NCBI RefSeq assembly: GCF_000018305.1
Contig: NC_009954.1
Coordinates: 2,040,001-2,072,000 of the forward strand
Source: Caldivirga maquilingensis IC-167
GTDB lineage: Archaea; Thermoproteota; Thermoprotei; Thermoproteales; Thermocladiaceae
Reading direction: 5' to 3'
DNA: 32,000 nucleotides
The notes beneath the pieces are model-generated. The model worked only from the letters and a program-made list of their open reading frames with translations. It did not search any database and was not told the DNA's origin. Within the stretch, counting starts at the first letter, position 1, and every line of letters begins with the position of its first letter. The position numbers and the translations under genes were made by a program. Positions 16,885 to 25,649 of the stretch are shown piece after piece.

Positions 16885-17232
16885 TCACCCTAACTTAGCC
16901 CTATGGGAGTTAAGGAGATCCACAATCTCCTTAAGATCCTCCTCCTTAAAGGGCCTCTTCTCAACACTTATTATTGCCTGAAGCTCCTCAGGGGTTGAGG
17001 GCATAATGTTAACCACCTGAATAGCTGTAATCCTGGCTAAACCATACTTACTCGTCAACTCCTTAATAAGGGCCTCAGCATCCTCAGGCTTAACCTTACT
17101 ATACCTCCTAAGGTAATCCAGGGTAATGTTTATTACCTGTGACTCTAAGCCATACTTAGTTACAATATCCTCAAGTAATCTAAGCGCCTCCGGGTTACTC
17201 ACGTCAATGTAATCCTTAACTTTCCTAACCAC
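16885..17232 (-). CDS. rpo4: DNA-directed RNA polymerase subunit Rpo4 (RpoF, Rpb4 homologue)
   Basis: 115-aa acidic helical protein in conserved synteny with DUF655. GTG start, with TATA TTTATAAA (17253-17260) about 25 nt upstream. Confidence 0.75.
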   Translation of the reverse strand: MVRKVKDYIDVSNPEALRLLEDIVTKYGLESQVINITLDYLRRYSKVKPEDAEALIKELTSKYGLARITAIQVVNIMPSTPEELQAIISVEKRPFKEEDLKEIVDLLNSHRAKLG

Positions 17233-17252
17233 ATGAGTTCACCGGAATAATG

Positions 17253-17260
17253 TTTATAAA
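17253..17260 (-). promoter_or_regulatory. TATA box for the rpo4-DUF655 operon
   Basis: TTTATAAA is centred about 25 nt upstream of GTG 17232. Confidence 0.55.
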
Positions 17261-17466
17261 GATTATTACTGAGTAGCATGAGTCATAAAGTGTTTAAAGA
17301 ATCCTTAACCTCATTTAATTAAAGCTTAGAACCCTATACAGTAGTGATTACCCTGGGCCAAGGGTGAGTGATATTAGGGAGAACTTATCATTAACATAAC
17401 GCATAACTTACCCAGGAACATGTCAAGGCTTTATCGATATGCCTTATGTATTATTGAGACACTAAT

Positions 17467-17476
17467 GTTTAAAAAC
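17467..17476 (+). promoter_or_regulatory. TATA box for the ZIP transporter gene
   Basis: GTTTAAAAAC is centred about 28 nt upstream of ATG 17500. Confidence 0.55.
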
Positions 17477-17499
17477 CTAGCAGTGTCTCGTGGGTAGTT

Positions 17500-18339
17500 A
17501 TGGTTCCATTAATTGCATTGATTATGGGCCTTTACGCCGGCCTTACAGTCTACCTAGGCTTCTCCATAGTGCTCCTCAGGAGGATAAGTATGCAGAGGTT
17601 AGGCTTCATGAATGCAATAGCTGGGGGATTATTGGGTTACCTTTTTGTGGAGCTGGCCATGGAGCTAGTTGAGAAATCCGAAGAGTTAGCCAGTGAGGGA
17701 CTCTGGTGGGACTACACAGTGTTCATCATAACCACGAGCATATCGTTACTCTGCACACTGGCTCTTCTCTCATACATAGAGAGGCGCATAAAGAGGAATA
17801 AGGCCTCATGGTCAAGGCTGGGGTATAGGCTTGACCCATCATCCCTGAGCACCCTGTTGGCTGTGGGTTTAGGCATACATAACCTCGGTGAGGGTTTAGG
17901 CATAGGCTCCGCGCTAGCGTTAACCAACCTGGGTCTGGCTGCATTATTATCCATAGGCTTTGCAGTACATAACGCAACAGAGGGCTTCGCCATATCTGCA
18001 CCCCTATTAGCCAGCAGGGTGATTAATGATAGTGGAGACACTGATGCAAAGTATCCCCTAAACCTACCCAGGAGATTACTCGTACTTGGTGCAGTGGCCG
18101 GGTTACCCACAACAATAGGGGCCTTGGCGTTATCCGCCGTGAAACCCAACGAGTTGTTGATAATGAATGCTTTAGCAGTATCATCAGCCTCAATAATCTA
18201 CGCCACATTTAACGTAAGCATATCAGCCCTAGGTCAACTAAAGGAGGAACCTTTCAAGTTCTGGCTAGGCATATTCCTGGGTGTAGTGTTAGCCATATTA
18301 GTGGAGACTATCCTAGCCATACTCAACATAAATATTTAG
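17500..18339 (+). CDS. ZIP-family divalent metal (zinc/iron) transporter
   Basis: 279 aa and polytopic, with the paired ZIP signature helices GLGIHNLGEGLGIG and GFAVHNATEGFAI. Confidence 0.85.
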   Translation: MVPLIALIMGLYAGLTVYLGFSIVLLRRISMQRLGFMNAIAGGLLGYLFVELAMELVEKSEELASEGLWWDYTVFIITTSISLLCTLALLSYIERRIKRNKASWSRLGYRLDPSSLSTLLAVGLGIHNLGEGLGIGSALALTNLGLAALLSIGFAVHNATEGFAISAPLLASRVINDSGDTDAKYPLNLPRRLLVLGAVAGLPTTIGALALSAVKPNELLIMNALAVSSASIIYATFNVSISALGQLKEEPFKFWLGIFLGVVLAILVETILAILNINI

Positions 18340-19205
18340 CCCCACCCAGGATCACCTCAATATTATTTACCATCTTCTTAACCAATCCATGGGCAGTATC
18401 CTCGCCCAGAAGTAATCTTCACGCATAACCTTACTCCTAAGGTTCCTCATAATAATAAATAATTATGCTAACCATACTCTTTATATTTACATAGGAAAAC
18501 CTGTAAACAGCAATTGAATACGCAGGCTACTCAGCAATCAATTACATTACTGAGTAATGTCTTAATCCTCGTCATAGGCCCTCCTCTCTACTGGCTCGTT
18601 TCCTCTAGCTCCTCAATGCGTCAACCACTTCATGGAGTATACCCGTAGTAAACCCTTCTCGATGACACTTTCTGGTATCCTAAACTCCCAAGCCACTGTC
18701 TTGAGGACGTAAACATTACCCATTAGTGTGAACCTCCTCTTAACCATCAATAAGCTTTAAATTACCTTCATATCCACAGTGGAGGTACTTAGCTAATGTC
18801 GTTAACCCTGATTACATCGGATTCTCTGACCATACTTAATCAAGTACTTGGTACCTCCATGCATTAGTGGTGTAATTAGGTAAATCCTGATCCTTGAGTA
18901 ACTGATGCATTATGCTAAGACGTTGAGTGGTAATGATTCATCAATATCACTTAAGCCCGTAACCTCACTGATTAATTGCCTGACCCTGACTTGTCCAGGT
19001 TTATAATTAAGAATATATGATGAGGATAAGATAGTTAACATCATAAATCGTGTTCAGTGGCTTCCCTGTGGTAATTCTGATGGGCTTTAATGTTACTGTT
19101 AGGCCTGCGTCTTGAGCATAGTTAATGGTGAGGAAGAATCCAAGCCCTAGCTCTAACGGGTCTAGGTGATTCCCACCTAGTTTTAAGGTGGTGAGGGAGC
19201 CAGTT

Positions 19206-19215
19206 CTTTTAAACC
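19206..19215 (+). promoter_or_regulatory. TATA-like box for the FAD oxidoreductase alpha/beta operon
   Basis: CTTTTAAACC is centred about 26 nt upstream of ATG 19237. This supports the long N-terminus as real. Confidence 0.5.
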
Positions 19216-19236
19216 TACTACTCTTTAACTTAACTA

Positions 19237-20967
19237 ATGGTTGATCAGGGTCAGGGACGATTAAGTAACCCGGTAATGTTAAGTAGTCCGAGGACTGGTG
19301 AGGTTAGGGGGTTTATTTGCTGTGAGTGGTGGTGTAGTGGTTACTGGCTTAGTAATGGTGCATTGAATCAATGTGAAGGACGGGTTAATGCTCAATCCCG
19401 CTTAATGGGCTTCTTAAGCGGCTTAGCTAGGCCATCAGTATTGCCTAGGAGTAGGCTTGTTAAGGTTGCGTGGCCCATTGCTACCAGGTTCGCTAAGGGT
19501 ATGAGGCATGTTGATGCGTCTCAGCTCCCTGAGCCGCCTAAGGCTAAGTTGATTAATGTTGTAACCGATGTACTGGTGATTGGTGGTGGGTTAAGTGGCT
19601 TGGTTACGGCTATGGAGTTGAGTAGGCTTGGGTTAAAGGTGACTATTGTTGAGGGGAATAGTGAATTAGGTGGTAGGATTGCTGAATTAGAGGGTCAGGG
19701 TAAGTTCAAGGTTTCCGACTACGTTAATGAGGCTAAGGCTAAACTCACTGATGGGGTGTTAACGGGGGTTGTGTTTGATGGTTTCCTTGAGGATGCGGCC
19801 ATTGGGCATTCATTAGATGGGGGTAGTCTACTTGAATTCAACTATAAGGTTCTCGTATTGGCCACTGGGTCTAGGGAAGTCCCCCTGGTTTTTCCAGGCA
19901 ACTATAAGGTACCCATGTATACTGGTTTAACCTACCTTAAACTGGTTAAGGCTGGTGTTATTAAGGGTGAACCAATACTGTATGGTACCGATGAGTGGGG
20001 TCTTGGGGTTGCTAGGGAATTAATTAGACTTGGCTTGAATCCACTTGTCATGGATCACGCCATACAGCCCAGGACAGGTAGGCTTAATGACTTGAAGGAT
20101 TTAAGAACATTAATGGGCGCCTACATAAGTGGTGTCGAGGTTGAGGGAACTAGGTTTAGGTTAAGGTACCAAATCCCTGAGGGCCCTAAGAAATTCACCA
20201 CTGGTGAAGCCACTGGTGATGCATTAATCTCCACAGTCAGGGTGCCTGCAGTGGAGCTTCTTGCTCAATTAGGCGCTGAATTAGTTTATGATGTTGTGCT
20301 TGGTGGTATAGTGCCTAGGCATAAGTGGGGTGGGGAGGTTATTGGGTTGAGGAATGTGTACGTTGTCGGTGAGGTCACTGGAATGATACCATTATCCGTT
20401 ATTCCACTTCAAGCTAAGGCCGTTGCCTACTCAATAGCAGCCACATACGGCCTAGTTAAACCTGAGGAGGCTGATAAGGCTATTGCTGAGTTTAAGAATG
20501 CATTAGTAACCAGTAACCCAGCTGCCTTAGATGCCTTTAATAGGCTTGAGAAGGGTCTTCACGATGTGGGTTACTTCCAGGAACCAAATGTACCAGAGGT
20601 GCCTCAATGGGCTAGTGACTGGTACTTCCTGGATAAGGCTGATGACCAGTTAATATGCTTCTGCGAGGATGTTTCACTAGGTGACTTACTTAGGGTTACT
20701 AGGGAATTCCTGGGGTTGAAGGAGATTAAACTGTATATTCTTCACGATGAGGTTCCAAAGCGCCGTGAACTCAAGATGCCTAGGATGGAGTACATTAAGA
20801 GGGCCACCGGGTTAGGTACGGGTGCATGCCAGGGTAAATTATGCATGGTTACCGCTAACCTAATACTGGCTAGGTTAATGAGGAGGAAGCCCTATGAATT
20901 CGGGCTCTTTAGGCAGAGGCCTCCATTGAATCCAATACCCATGGGTACACTGGGTGATGCGGAGTGA
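19237..20967 (+). CDS. FAD/NAD(P)-binding oxidoreductase, alpha-subunit-like (sarcosine oxidase alpha / L-proline dehydrogenase alpha / opine oxidase A type) with a C-terminal BFD-like [2Fe-2S] motif
   Basis: Rossmann DVLVIGGGLSGLVTAMEL...VEG at about residue 111 and a second dinucleotide fold. C-terminal ICFCEDVSLGDL...GTGACQGKLC has a BFD-like Cys pattern. The stop overlaps the beta-subunit GTG start (GTGA, 20964-20967). Confidence 0.75.
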   Translation: MVDQGQGRLSNPVMLSSPRTGEVRGFICCEWWCSGYWLSNGALNQCEGRVNAQSRLMGFLSGLARPSVLPRSRLVKVAWPIATRFAKGMRHVDASQLPEPPKAKLINVVTDVLVIGGGLSGLVTAMELSRLGLKVTIVEGNSELGGRIAELEGQGKFKVSDYVNEAKAKLTDGVLTGVVFDGFLEDAAIGHSLDGGSLLEFNYKVLVLATGSREVPLVFPGNYKVPMYTGLTYLKLVKAGVIKGEPILYGTDEWGLGVARELIRLGLNPLVMDHAIQPRTGRLNDLKDLRTLMGAYISGVEVEGTRFRLRYQIPEGPKKFTTGEATGDALISTVRVPAVELLAQLGAELVYDVVLGGIVPRHKWGGEVIGLRNVYVVGEVTGMIPLSVIPLQAKAVAYSIAATYGLVKPEEADKAIAEFKNALVTSNPAALDAFNRLEKGLHDVGYFQEPNVPEVPQWASDWYFLDKADDQLICFCEDVSLGDLLRVTREFLGLKEIKLYILHDEVPKRRELKMPRMEYIKRATGLGTGACQGKLCMVTANLILARLMRRKPYEFGLFRQRPPLNPIPMGTLGDAE

Positions 20968-22127
20968 TTAGGCGAGTGGTGCATAGTGCTGATGTAGTAG
21001 TCGTTGGGGGCGGTGTTGTTGGCTTAGCCACAGCCTATAATTTAGCTAAGAGGGGGGTTAAGGTTGCGTTAGTGGATAGGGGGGTTATTGGTGGTGGTAG
21101 TTCAACGAGAAACGCCTCAAGGTTCAGGGTTCAGTTTGGGAATAGGGAGAACACTAGGTACGCCATTGAGGCTGTGAGGGAGTTAATGAGGATTAGGAGT
21201 GAGTTAAACTGGAACCCAATGATAAGGAGGGGTGGGTACCTTTGGTTATTTAGGAGTAGTGAAGCCATGAGGAGCTTCGAGGAGATTAATAACAGTATTT
21301 GGAAGCCCCTTGGTGCATCAGTTAAGTTAATGGATAGTGGGGAATTAGCTAACAAGTACCCTTACATTAATAGTAAGCTTTACGTTGGAGCAGCCTTTGG
21401 GCCTCAGGACGGTGAACTGCACCACGACTACTTAATGTACGGGTACTTGAGTAGGCTTAGGGAAATGGGGGCGTTGATAATTGATGAGACTCCTATCAAT
21501 AAGATAAGTGTGGTTAACGGTGAGGTTAAGGGTGTTGAGGGTATTGGTGCTGTGGTTAATGCTAAGACAGTCATCGTCACTGCTGGTGCATGGAGTGGTG
21601 AAATACTTAAGACAGCTGGTGTTGAATTACCCATTAACGCAATTAGGAAGGAAATAGGCATAACAGCACCAGTGAGGTTCTTCATTGAACCCTCACTAAT
21701 AATAGACACACATACCAACGCCTACTTCGGCCAGACCCTGAGGGGTGAGATCATTGGATCCATTGAGGTTAATGAGGAGCCTGGGCTTAAACCCTTCAAT
21801 AACACGCTTAAGTGGTTGAGGGCTTGGGCTAAGGCAATGAGCGAAGTTATGCCTGCATCAAGGAGAATACCCTTAATGAGGATTTGGTCAGGCTACTACG
21901 AGGTGACTCCAGATAACAGCCACATTATGGGTAGGCTCGACTCATGGCCAAGGGGACTATACGTTGCAGCAGGCTTCAGTGGGCATGGTTTAATGTTTGG
22001 TCCATTAACCGGTAGGTTAATGGCTGATTACGTGCTCGATGGTAAGGTAAGCCCCATAATGGAGCCATTCCTACCTGACAGGTTAAGTAAGGGTAAGTTG
22101 ATAAAGGAGCATTTAGTGATTGGTTAA
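20964..22127 (+). CDS. FAD-dependent oxidoreductase, beta-subunit-like (DAO family; sarcosine oxidase beta / L-proline dehydrogenase beta type)
   Basis: N-terminal DVVVVGGGVVGLATAYNLAKRGVKVALVDRG and a C-terminal GFSGHGLM block, 387 aa. Translationally coupled to the upstream alpha-like gene. Confidence 0.8.
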   Translation: MIRRVVHSADVVVVGGGVVGLATAYNLAKRGVKVALVDRGVIGGGSSTRNASRFRVQFGNRENTRYAIEAVRELMRIRSELNWNPMIRRGGYLWLFRSSEAMRSFEEINNSIWKPLGASVKLMDSGELANKYPYINSKLYVGAAFGPQDGELHHDYLMYGYLSRLREMGALIIDETPINKISVVNGEVKGVEGIGAVVNAKTVIVTAGAWSGEILKTAGVELPINAIRKEIGITAPVRFFIEPSLIIDTHTNAYFGQTLRGEIIGSIEVNEEPGLKPFNNTLKWLRAWAKAMSEVMPASRRIPLMRIWSGYYEVTPDNSHIMGRLDSWPRGLYVAAGFSGHGLMFGPLTGRLMADYVLDGKVSPIMEPFLPDRLSKGKLIKEHLVIG

Positions 22128-22132
22128 ATACA

Positions 22133-22432
22133 CTACTTATTCTCCTCAGGCTTAGGTTCATTGGTCTTGGCCTCCCTAGCCTTAGTAGCCTTGGCCTCAT
22201 TCTCAATAATCCTTAGGTAATACTCAATCTCAGGTATATTATACTTCTTAGCCACCTCCATACCGTAGTCAGCAATCTCCCTATACTCATCCTCACTCTC
22301 CTTAATCATTAACCTAGCCGTATACACCACGCACTCCGTTAACTTCTCCTTGAACTTAAGCTGATTAACCGCATTATTAGCCTTAACAGCCCCCTCAAGT
22401 TTAACCTCCCACTTCCTACAGGGATTAACCAT
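22133..22432 (-). CDS. hypothetical protein (99 aa, E/K-rich)
   Basis: No motif recognised. I consider it coding because a TATA-like TTTTAATAAG (22453-22462) lies about 25 nt upstream of the ATG. Confidence 0.5.
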   Translation of the reverse strand: MVNPCRKWEVKLEGAVKANNAVNQLKFKEKLTECVVYTARLMIKESEDEYREIADYGMEVAKKYNIPEIEYYLRIIENEAKATKAREAKTNEPKPEENK

Positions 22433-22526
22433 GGTAAGTCCACTTCCCGGGGTTTTAATAAGCTTTAAATTAAGACACCCCTTAACTAAAATGCGCCCAC
22501 CCTCAATTTAAGTTAAAATAATCCTA

Positions 22527-22949
22527 TTAATAAGGTGCGTTAAGACTATTGTTAAGTAAGTCAGCTATCACGGCCTTTGCATCATTACTATGCATTACCA
22601 CATCTTTAAGCACCTTAACTGCATCGATTAGGCGTAAATCCTGCATAAGCCTCATTTGATTATAAATCACTGAGTAATACCGCATACCACTAACCCTACT
22701 AGGGCTTACTAATGTAAACACCAGTGTCCTTAAACCCAACTTAGCGCTCACTGTTACTGAGCCGTCATTAAATATTGTAACGTTCATTGGTGCATCACCC
22801 CATCCAGGATGCCTTTGCAGAACAAGCTCCATTACTCTTAAGACACCATCAACGTTACCATCATTAATAGCTAATTTAGCATACTGCCCACTGAGTATCA
22901 TTTCAACAGTACCCACTATTACTGCATTATTAACAATGTTATCCACCAT
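22527..22949 (-). CDS. hypothetical protein (140 aa)
   Basis: No motif recognised. TATA-like TTTTAAAATA (22971-22980) lies about 26 nt upstream of the ATG. Confidence 0.5.
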   Translation of the reverse strand: MVDNIVNNAVIVGTVEMILSGQYAKLAINDGNVDGVLRVMELVLQRHPGWGDAPMNVTIFNDGSVTVSAKLGLRTLVFTLVSPSRVSGMRYYSVIYNQMRLMQDLRLIDAVKVLKDVVMHSNDAKAVIADLLNNSLNAPY

Positions 22950-23114
22950 GAAATCACCAATACTAGTAGGTTTTAAAATATGGGAGTTATCTTCTTAATT
23001 CCATTAATGGTTTTTAATTCATTAGAGGATTAAGCTAACGGAGGGGGCTTACGCTTTAGGATTGGTAGATTCATTGTCTTTAATTATGGTGTAATTATTA
23101 TGGAGAGGCGTGGT

Positions 23115-24170
23115 TCACCTCTCCTTGAGTATACTAATGCCCTTAAGGTAATAGCCGACTTCCCCATTCTTAATATGCATGTTCCCGAATTCTATTCCAA
23201 GTTCAATATCAACCATGGTTAAGTTCTCTAGGTAAGCCTTATCCTTAATTGGGTAATTTGGTAAGCCTGTCCCGCATTTCTCATTGGGTACGAATTGAAG
23301 GATTGCATTTAAGAATGGGGCTAACTGAAATTCAACCGTTGCAGCCCTCCATCCACCAGCTATTGTAGTGTTGCCGGTGTCCTGTGGTACTACTGCGACG
23401 TAAGTCCATGGGAAGTTACATGAGACTAATACTGCCCAAGTCACATTACTATAAACACCATTAACTATGATTGGTATTTTAGTCTCCCCAACCTTAGCCC
23501 ATGTTATGCCGGTGTTATTGAAGAATAACCAAATCATCAACTCTAAGTCAGGTTTAGTAACAGTCCCAACTTCGCTTGGATTATGCAGTATCCAAATATC
23601 GAAGGCGAAGTCCTCCGGGAATGTGCTTGGTGAATACGCCACTGAGTAAGTTAACTTAATCCAATCATAACCGCCACCATTAGGTTGAAGCAGTTCACTA
23701 ATCTTAGCTGGTAATGTTAAATTAGGATTACGTAGATTGTAAACTGGGTAACCATCCCAAGGCTTGTAACCAACAATTATTATTTCAGGGTAAGCCCATT
23801 GAGCAACCCCCTTATCCTGAACATTAGTGAAGTTACCGTAGTAGCATAATGAGCCGTTTAATGGATTAAAGGCTAAGTAGGATACACCATTGAAGGAAGC
23901 CACATTGTAGAGGTTATTCTCAATCCTGTAACTCAACCTAACGTCACTTAATGTAGTTACATACCTAGACAAGTATGCTTGCGAGGCACTGGTTGAGATT
24001 AACGTAATGTTAAACTGACTTGAACGACATAGGTTAATTAACGCAGTCATATTAATGGGTAGCTCCTGAGCCTGGCTCACTGAGGGCTTATGAATTAAAA
24101 GCAACGCACCTACACCTATTATCACCAGTACCACTATTATTACAGTCACTGTGATTAACTTAGTGTTCAT
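23115..24170 (-). CDS. secreted/membrane-anchored glycoside hydrolase family 12-like protein (endoglucanase-like)
   Basis: N-terminal signal anchor (TVTVIIVVLVIIGVGALLLI). PDLELMIWLF matches the GH12 nucleophile block (E-[LI]-M-I-W). A second acidic block IELGIEFG lies about 115 aa downstream. There are many N-x-S/T sequons. TATA GTTTATAAG (24193-24201) is about 27 nt upstream. Confidence 0.6.
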   Translation of the reverse strand: MNTKLITVTVIIVVLVIIGVGALLLIHKPSVSQAQELPINMTALINLCRSSQFNITLISTSASQAYLSRYVTTLSDVRLSYRIENNLYNVASFNGVSYLAFNPLNGSLCYYGNFTNVQDKGVAQWAYPEIIIVGYKPWDGYPVYNLRNPNLTLPAKISELLQPNGGGYDWIKLTYSVAYSPSTFPEDFAFDIWILHNPSEVGTVTKPDLELMIWLFFNNTGITWAKVGETKIPIIVNGVYSNVTWAVLVSCNFPWTYVAVVPQDTGNTTIAGGWRAATVEFQLAPFLNAILQFVPNEKCGTGLPNYPIKDKAYLENLTMVDIELGIEFGNMHIKNGEVGYYLKGISILKER

Positions 24171-24264
24171 AGGTTTTAAGACTTGGTTAAGTGTTTATAA
24201 GTAGTAATTATTCAAAACTTCAATAAGATGGTACATGAGGTAGGTTTTTCGCTTTCAACTAAGC

Positions 24265-25533
24265 CTATATCTCAATGGCTTCACCTGTTGTTAATGTTAC
24301 GTGTATGTTTCTTTCATCCAAGTGTTCACTAAGCCTTAACGCGTTTCTCGGGCTTGAGTGGACTATAAGTATGTTGGTTTCATCCTTAAAGTAACTAATG
24401 AAGTTAATCAACTCCTCCAATCCACTGTGCGCTGAGAAGTCGAACCAGTAAACCTTAGCATTAACCCTAATCTCCTCATTATCAACCTTAACCACACCCT
24501 TGGTTAATAATTCGTATCCAGGTGAATCTGGGGCTTGGTAACTGGGTAGTATTACCGCATTCCTCCTATCACCCCCAAGCCTCTTAAGGTAATATACCGC
24601 TGCACCACCCTTAAGCATGCCGGCTGGTGTTATTATTACTGCCTGATCCCTTAATGCGTTCTTCCTATAGTAATTACCCATTACTTCACTACTGTATGTT
24701 ATTGCCTTAGCGTATAGGTTTGGGTCCCTTAGGAATTGAGGGTACTTGCTTATTATCCTATTAGCTATCCTGGCTAAGCCATCAATGTATATTGGTACAT
24801 CAGTGATGTTATGCTTAATTAAGGTGAGGAGTAGTTCCTGTGTCCTACCTATGGTGAAGCTGGGTATTAGGACTGAGCCCCCTTCATCCAATGTAGTCTT
24901 AACGGCATTAATAAACTCCTCCTCAAGCTTCTCCCTAGGTGGATGCGTTCCACCTGCGTATGTAGCCTCCATTACCACTAAGTCAATGTCCCTGGGTATT
25001 GAGTAGACATCAGCCCCATTAAGTAGGTTGGATTGCGAGAGATTGAAATCCCCAGTGAACAGTATCCTGAAGCCATCAATGTTTAGAAGCGTCATCATAC
25101 TGCCTGGCACGTGCCCAGCGTTGAGGAATGTTAAGGAGTCGCCATTTAGGTTAACGGTATCATTGAAGTTAACCGGGTTAACCCTCCTTAAGGTATTCCT
25201 AACCTCCTCCTCCTCATAAGGCAGGTAATAGCCACTTAACTTAACGGTATCCTTAAACATTATCTCAGCTAACTCAGCCGTTAAGGGGGTTGCGTAGAGT
25301 GGTGGTGATGCGCTAATGTATAATCCAGGCAATGCCCCACAGTGATCTAGATGAGCATGACTAAGCACAACAGCTGAAAGATCCCTCGGCCTAACATGCA
25401 GTGGGAAGACCGGCTTACCCTCATCATCGAAGTTAACCCCATAGTCAAGTAGCACCGAGTTCCTTGAACCCTTAACTAGAATAGCCATCCTACCTACTTC
25501 ACCGCCTCCACCAAGAACCTCAACGGTAACCAT
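24265..25533 (-). CDS. beta-CASP family metallo-beta-lactamase-fold ribonuclease (aCPSF2-like, no KH domains)
   Basis: The MBL motif LSHAHLDHCGALP is followed by beta-CASP-type blocks. At 422 aa it is the short archaeal CPSF paralogue. Confidence 0.8.
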   Translation of the reverse strand: MVTVEVLGGGGEVGRMAILVKGSRNSVLLDYGVNFDDEGKPVFPLHVRPRDLSAVVLSHAHLDHCGALPGLYISASPPLYATPLTAELAEIMFKDTVKLSGYYLPYEEEEVRNTLRRVNPVNFNDTVNLNGDSLTFLNAGHVPGSMMTLLNIDGFRILFTGDFNLSQSNLLNGADVYSIPRDIDLVVMEATYAGGTHPPREKLEEEFINAVKTTLDEGGSVLIPSFTIGRTQELLLTLIKHNITDVPIYIDGLARIANRIISKYPQFLRDPNLYAKAITYSSEVMGNYYRKNALRDQAVIITPAGMLKGGAAVYYLKRLGGDRRNAVILPSYQAPDSPGYELLTKGVVKVDNEEIRVNAKVYWFDFSAHSGLEELINFISYFKDETNILIVHSSPRNALRLSEHLDERNIHVTLTTGEAIEI

Positions 25534-25649
25534 TGGTTAAACCAACCCTTAAACAAGCTGAAACACCGATAATATTAACCTTTCGCCGCCTCCCACTGTT
25601 AAGGCCTTTAATTTAAGCATATTAAGCCCAATTAAACTGAATCAACGCA

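Noticed and set aside
17712-18208. Three minus-strand ORFs (145, 91 and 61 aa)
   Set aside because: They are antisense shadows of the ZIP transporter gene, which has clear family signatures.
18613-18747. 44-aa minus-strand ORF as a real small gene
   Set aside because: The nearest TATA-like element (ATTTAAAG) is only about 14 nt upstream of the ATG, which is the wrong spacing. No motif was recognised and the surrounding frames are broken. I treat it as part of the decayed region.
19017-19080. C/D box sRNA (ATGATGA at 19017-19023 ... CTGA at 19077-19080, 64 nt apart)
   Set aside because: No convincing internal D'/C' boxes at the expected 12-nt guide spacing, and no terminal stem. Box-like hexamers are expected by chance in AT-rich sequence. 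The same reasoning applies to ATGATGA at 15739-15745.
19020-19236. TnpB/IS200-IS605 remnant (minus-strand frame reading ...LELGLGFFLTINYAQDAG..., vaguely like the GIDLG RuvC-I block)
   Set aside because: The resemblance is limited to about 6 residues, the catalytic Asp is absent, the frame has no start codon, and the upstream part would have to overlap the oxidoreductase gene.
21131-22206. Minus-strand ORFs 21131..21355, 21428..21718 and 21976..22206
   Set aside because: They are antisense to the FAD oxidoreductase beta-like gene, and no independent signals support them.
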